Origin: an uncultured Clostridia bacterium
GTDB lineage: Bacteria; Bacillota; Clostridia; TANB77; CAG-508
Assembly: GCA_944386355.1 (NCBI GenBank)
Contig: CALXAU010000003.1
Location: 1-40,761, forward strand
Length of the DNA: 40,761 nt
Direction: 5' to 3'
Shown here: positions 38,778-40,761 of the stretch, one piece after another
Layout of the letters: every line of letters begins with the position of its first letter
How positions within the stretch are numbered: the stretch's first letter is position 1
Made by a program: the position numbers and the translations under genes
Notes under the pieces: generated by a model
What the model saw: only the letters and a program-made list of their open reading frames with translations
The model's database searches: none
Told to the model about the DNA's origin: nothing

Positions 38778-39962
38778 TCAAAATACAATTTTTTCTTTTG
38801 TCCCTATATTTTCTAAAACTTCATAGGTAACATATATATCTATTCCGTCTGTTTCTTCATAACAGTTAATTGTTTTGCTTACTATATTTTCTTTTTGACT
38901 TATTTCTTTTTCTAATTCTTGTTCTAATTCTTGTATCCCTAAGTTTTTTGCCTCTTCTACTGTAAGTATTTTTTGTGTTTGCTTTTGCTCTTTATTTGTT
39001 GTTTTTATAATAGAAATTGGCAAATAAAAGTCTGAAAAAATTCTAAATTTTTTTTCTTCCTCTATTGTATCATAATTTTTGAAATTTGAAAGACTTTTAC
39101 CAAAATTTATTTTAAAATTATTAAATTTTATACTATATTTTTTTTCCTCATTCCCTGTATAATGCTCTTCCGTAGTATTATATAGTATTTTTTTGTGTTT
39201 ACTATACCATACTTTTGCCTGTATTTCTCCTTTACTATGTACATATCTAATTCCTGTGTATTTCCCTTCCATCCAACCTTGTATTAAAACAGTTCCTACA
39301 TTTACGGTGTCTCCAACTTTTACAGTTGCTGTTCCATTTTGTGCATTTATTTTTGTAATTATTCCTGCTTTATCTGAAATTATACTACAGTATTCTTCTT
39401 CATCAATTATTTCTGGTTTTTCTTCTGCCTTCACAACTTTTACAATAGCATTTGTTCCTTTTAGTTCTATACCTATCCATGCTATATCTTGCCTTTTTAA
39501 TCTTATTTTATTTATAATCTCTTTTGTGTCTATTTGTGCTTTTAGCTTTCCTACAACCAATCCTTCTTGTTCTAAATCTTGCATTATGTTTTCTACTTCA
39601 AATTCTCCCTCTTGCCTTATTTCTATATTCCAAACAAAGTTGGAACTTATTATTACAAGTGATATTATAATCAATAGAAATATAGCAAACATTTTTCTTT
39701 TTTTATATTTATGTAATAAAAAAGGTATTCCTTTTTTATTTTCTATCTTTATTTTACATTGAGTTTTTTTAGCTATTTTTACAATTTCTTTAAAATCTTT
39801 TGTTGCAACATTTAAGGTTAATCTTATATTTTTTTCTCTTTTCATTTTCCATATTGTTATTTTATTGTTCATACATATATTAATAAATCTTTCTATATAA
39901 TATCCTTCTACTGATATTCTTACATATCCTATCAGATGATATAGAATTATTTTTATCCACAT
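38778..39962 (-). CDS. yqfD: Sporulation protein YqfD
   Basis: GYVRI.VEG..IERFIN, G.PF, IAWIGIELKGT, A.VWY; follows yqfC. Confidence 0.92.
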   Translation of the reverse strand: MWIKIILYHLIGYVRISVEGYYIERFINICMNNKITIWKMKREKNIRLTLNVATKDFKEIVKIAKKTQCKIKIENKKGIPFLLHKYKKRKMFAIFLLIIISLVIISSNFVWNIEIRQEGEFEVENIMQDLEQEGLVVGKLKAQIDTKEIINKIRLKRQDIAWIGIELKGTNAIVKVVKAEEKPEIIDEEEYCSIISDKAGIITKINAQNGTATVKVGDTVNVGTVLIQGWMEGKYTGIRYVHSKGEIQAKVWYSKHKKILYNTTEEHYTGNEEKKYSIKFNNFKINFGKSLSNFKNYDTIEEEKKFRIFSDFYLPISIIKTTNKEQKQTQKILTVEEAKNLGIQELEQELEKEISQKENIVSKTINCYEETDGIDIYVTYEVLENIGTKEKIVF

Positions 39963-39978
39963 GTTTTCTCTCCTTTAC

Positions 39979-40254
39979 TTATGTGATGCTCTCTAAATCA
40001 ATACTTTCAATTTTCCCTTTTACTTTTATATCATCATTTGTCATATTTTCTAATTCTAATTGATATCCATTTATATTAATATTTCCAATATATGTTTTTA
40101 TTTTTACAAAAAACTCTTCATATTCTAATATTCCTTTATAATTTTCTATTATTATTTCATCAAAACCTGTTATTGTAATTTTGGGTACATCTGAATATAT
40201 TTCTTTAGGCATTTCTAATAATCTATCTAACCTACTTTCTTTGTTTTTTCTCAT
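39979..40254 (-). CDS. yqfC: Sporulation protein YqfC (YabP/YqfC family)
   Basis: LEMPKE...DVPKITITG..EIIIENYKGILEY. Confidence 0.9.
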   Translation of the reverse strand: MRKNKESRLDRLLEMPKEIYSDVPKITITGFDEIIIENYKGILEYEEFFVKIKTYIGNININGYQLELENMTNDDIKVKGKIESIDLESIT

Positions 40255-40325
40255 AAATTAATCTTTCCTTTCTTGAAGAGTTATATATTAATATATATTC
40301 TGTATTCATTATTTTTAGACTTTTA

Positions 40326-40721
40326 TTATTGAAATTCATCTAGTGATTTAAATTCAAATCCTTTATTTTTTATTTCTTTGATTATTGTGTCTAATATATC
40401 TGTATTTGTTTTTGAATTTCCATGTAAAAGCATTATTTCTCCATTATGCAAGTTTGATAGTATCTTATTTTTTGCTTCTGTTTCATCTGGTTGCTTTTTT
40501 TCGTCCCAGTCTGCATATGCAAAAGACCACATCACTGTTTTGTATCCTAGTGAGTTTGTTATATTTATTGATTGCTCGCTGAATTCTCCTTTTGGTGGTC
40601 TTATGTATTTCATTTCTACTCCAAATTTTTGGTAAATTGATTGGTGTAATTCTAGTACTTCTTTTTTTATTTCCTCTTCTGTTAAACTTGGCATACTTTT
40701 ATGATTAACTGTATGATTTCC
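40326..40721 (-). CDS. pdaA: C-terminal part of a PdaA-like muramic delta-lactam deacetylase; 5' part interrupted or outside the window
   Basis: GNHTVNHKSMP, RPPKGEFS, WSFAYADW, LLHGNS; homology stops at GGA 40721 and an in-frame TAA lies at 40745-40743. Confidence 0.8.
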   Translation of the reverse strand, partial: GNHTVNHKSMPSLTEEEIKKEVLELHQSIYQKFGVEMKYIRPPKGEFSEQSINITNSLGYKTVMWSFAYADWDEKKQPDETEAKNKILSNLHNGEIMLLHGNSKTNTDILDTIIKEIKNKGFEFKSLDEFQ

Positions 40722-40761
40722 TAATTTCTTAATGTCTAATTTTTAGCGATTGATTAACCGC

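Noticed and set aside
1151-40635. Numerous plus-strand ORFs antisense to real genes (e.g. 6522-7145, 14456-15028, 22171-22656, 39193-39762)
   Set aside because: F/L/I/S-rich shadow frames of AT-rich minus-strand genes

Overview
Very AT-rich chromosomal segment from a spore-forming Clostridia-type bacterium; an uncultured TANB77/CAG-269-like gut lineage is plausible but is inference only. Most genes are housekeeping, cell-envelope or sporulation genes on the minus strand: rarA, ruvA, dapL, a dapF-murE fusion, mnmA, aspS, dusB, minD-minE-rodA, spoIVFA/B-like, iscS, ybeY, yqfCD and a pdaA fragment. The window also holds a Fic/antitoxin pair, an orphan mazF, an ATP-grasp + VanX-like pair and a pilin-like FGE/CLec-fold protein. 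The main signal is that two otherwise intact genes, rodA and a membrane-fused spermidine synthase, are broken in exactly the same way. In each, an in-frame CGG codon in the context NCT-CGG-A carries one extra base whose removal restores a motif Gly (GGA). By manual scan CGG is never used in frame in the intact genes, while CGT, CGC, CGA, AGA and AGG are. A third in-frame CGG sits at the head of an interruption in pdaA at the window end. This suggests CGG-triggered +1 recoding, although a motif-specific sequencing error must be excluded. Intergenic DNA carries three dispersed repeat families and a 5' remnant of a group IIC intron directly behind a terminator.
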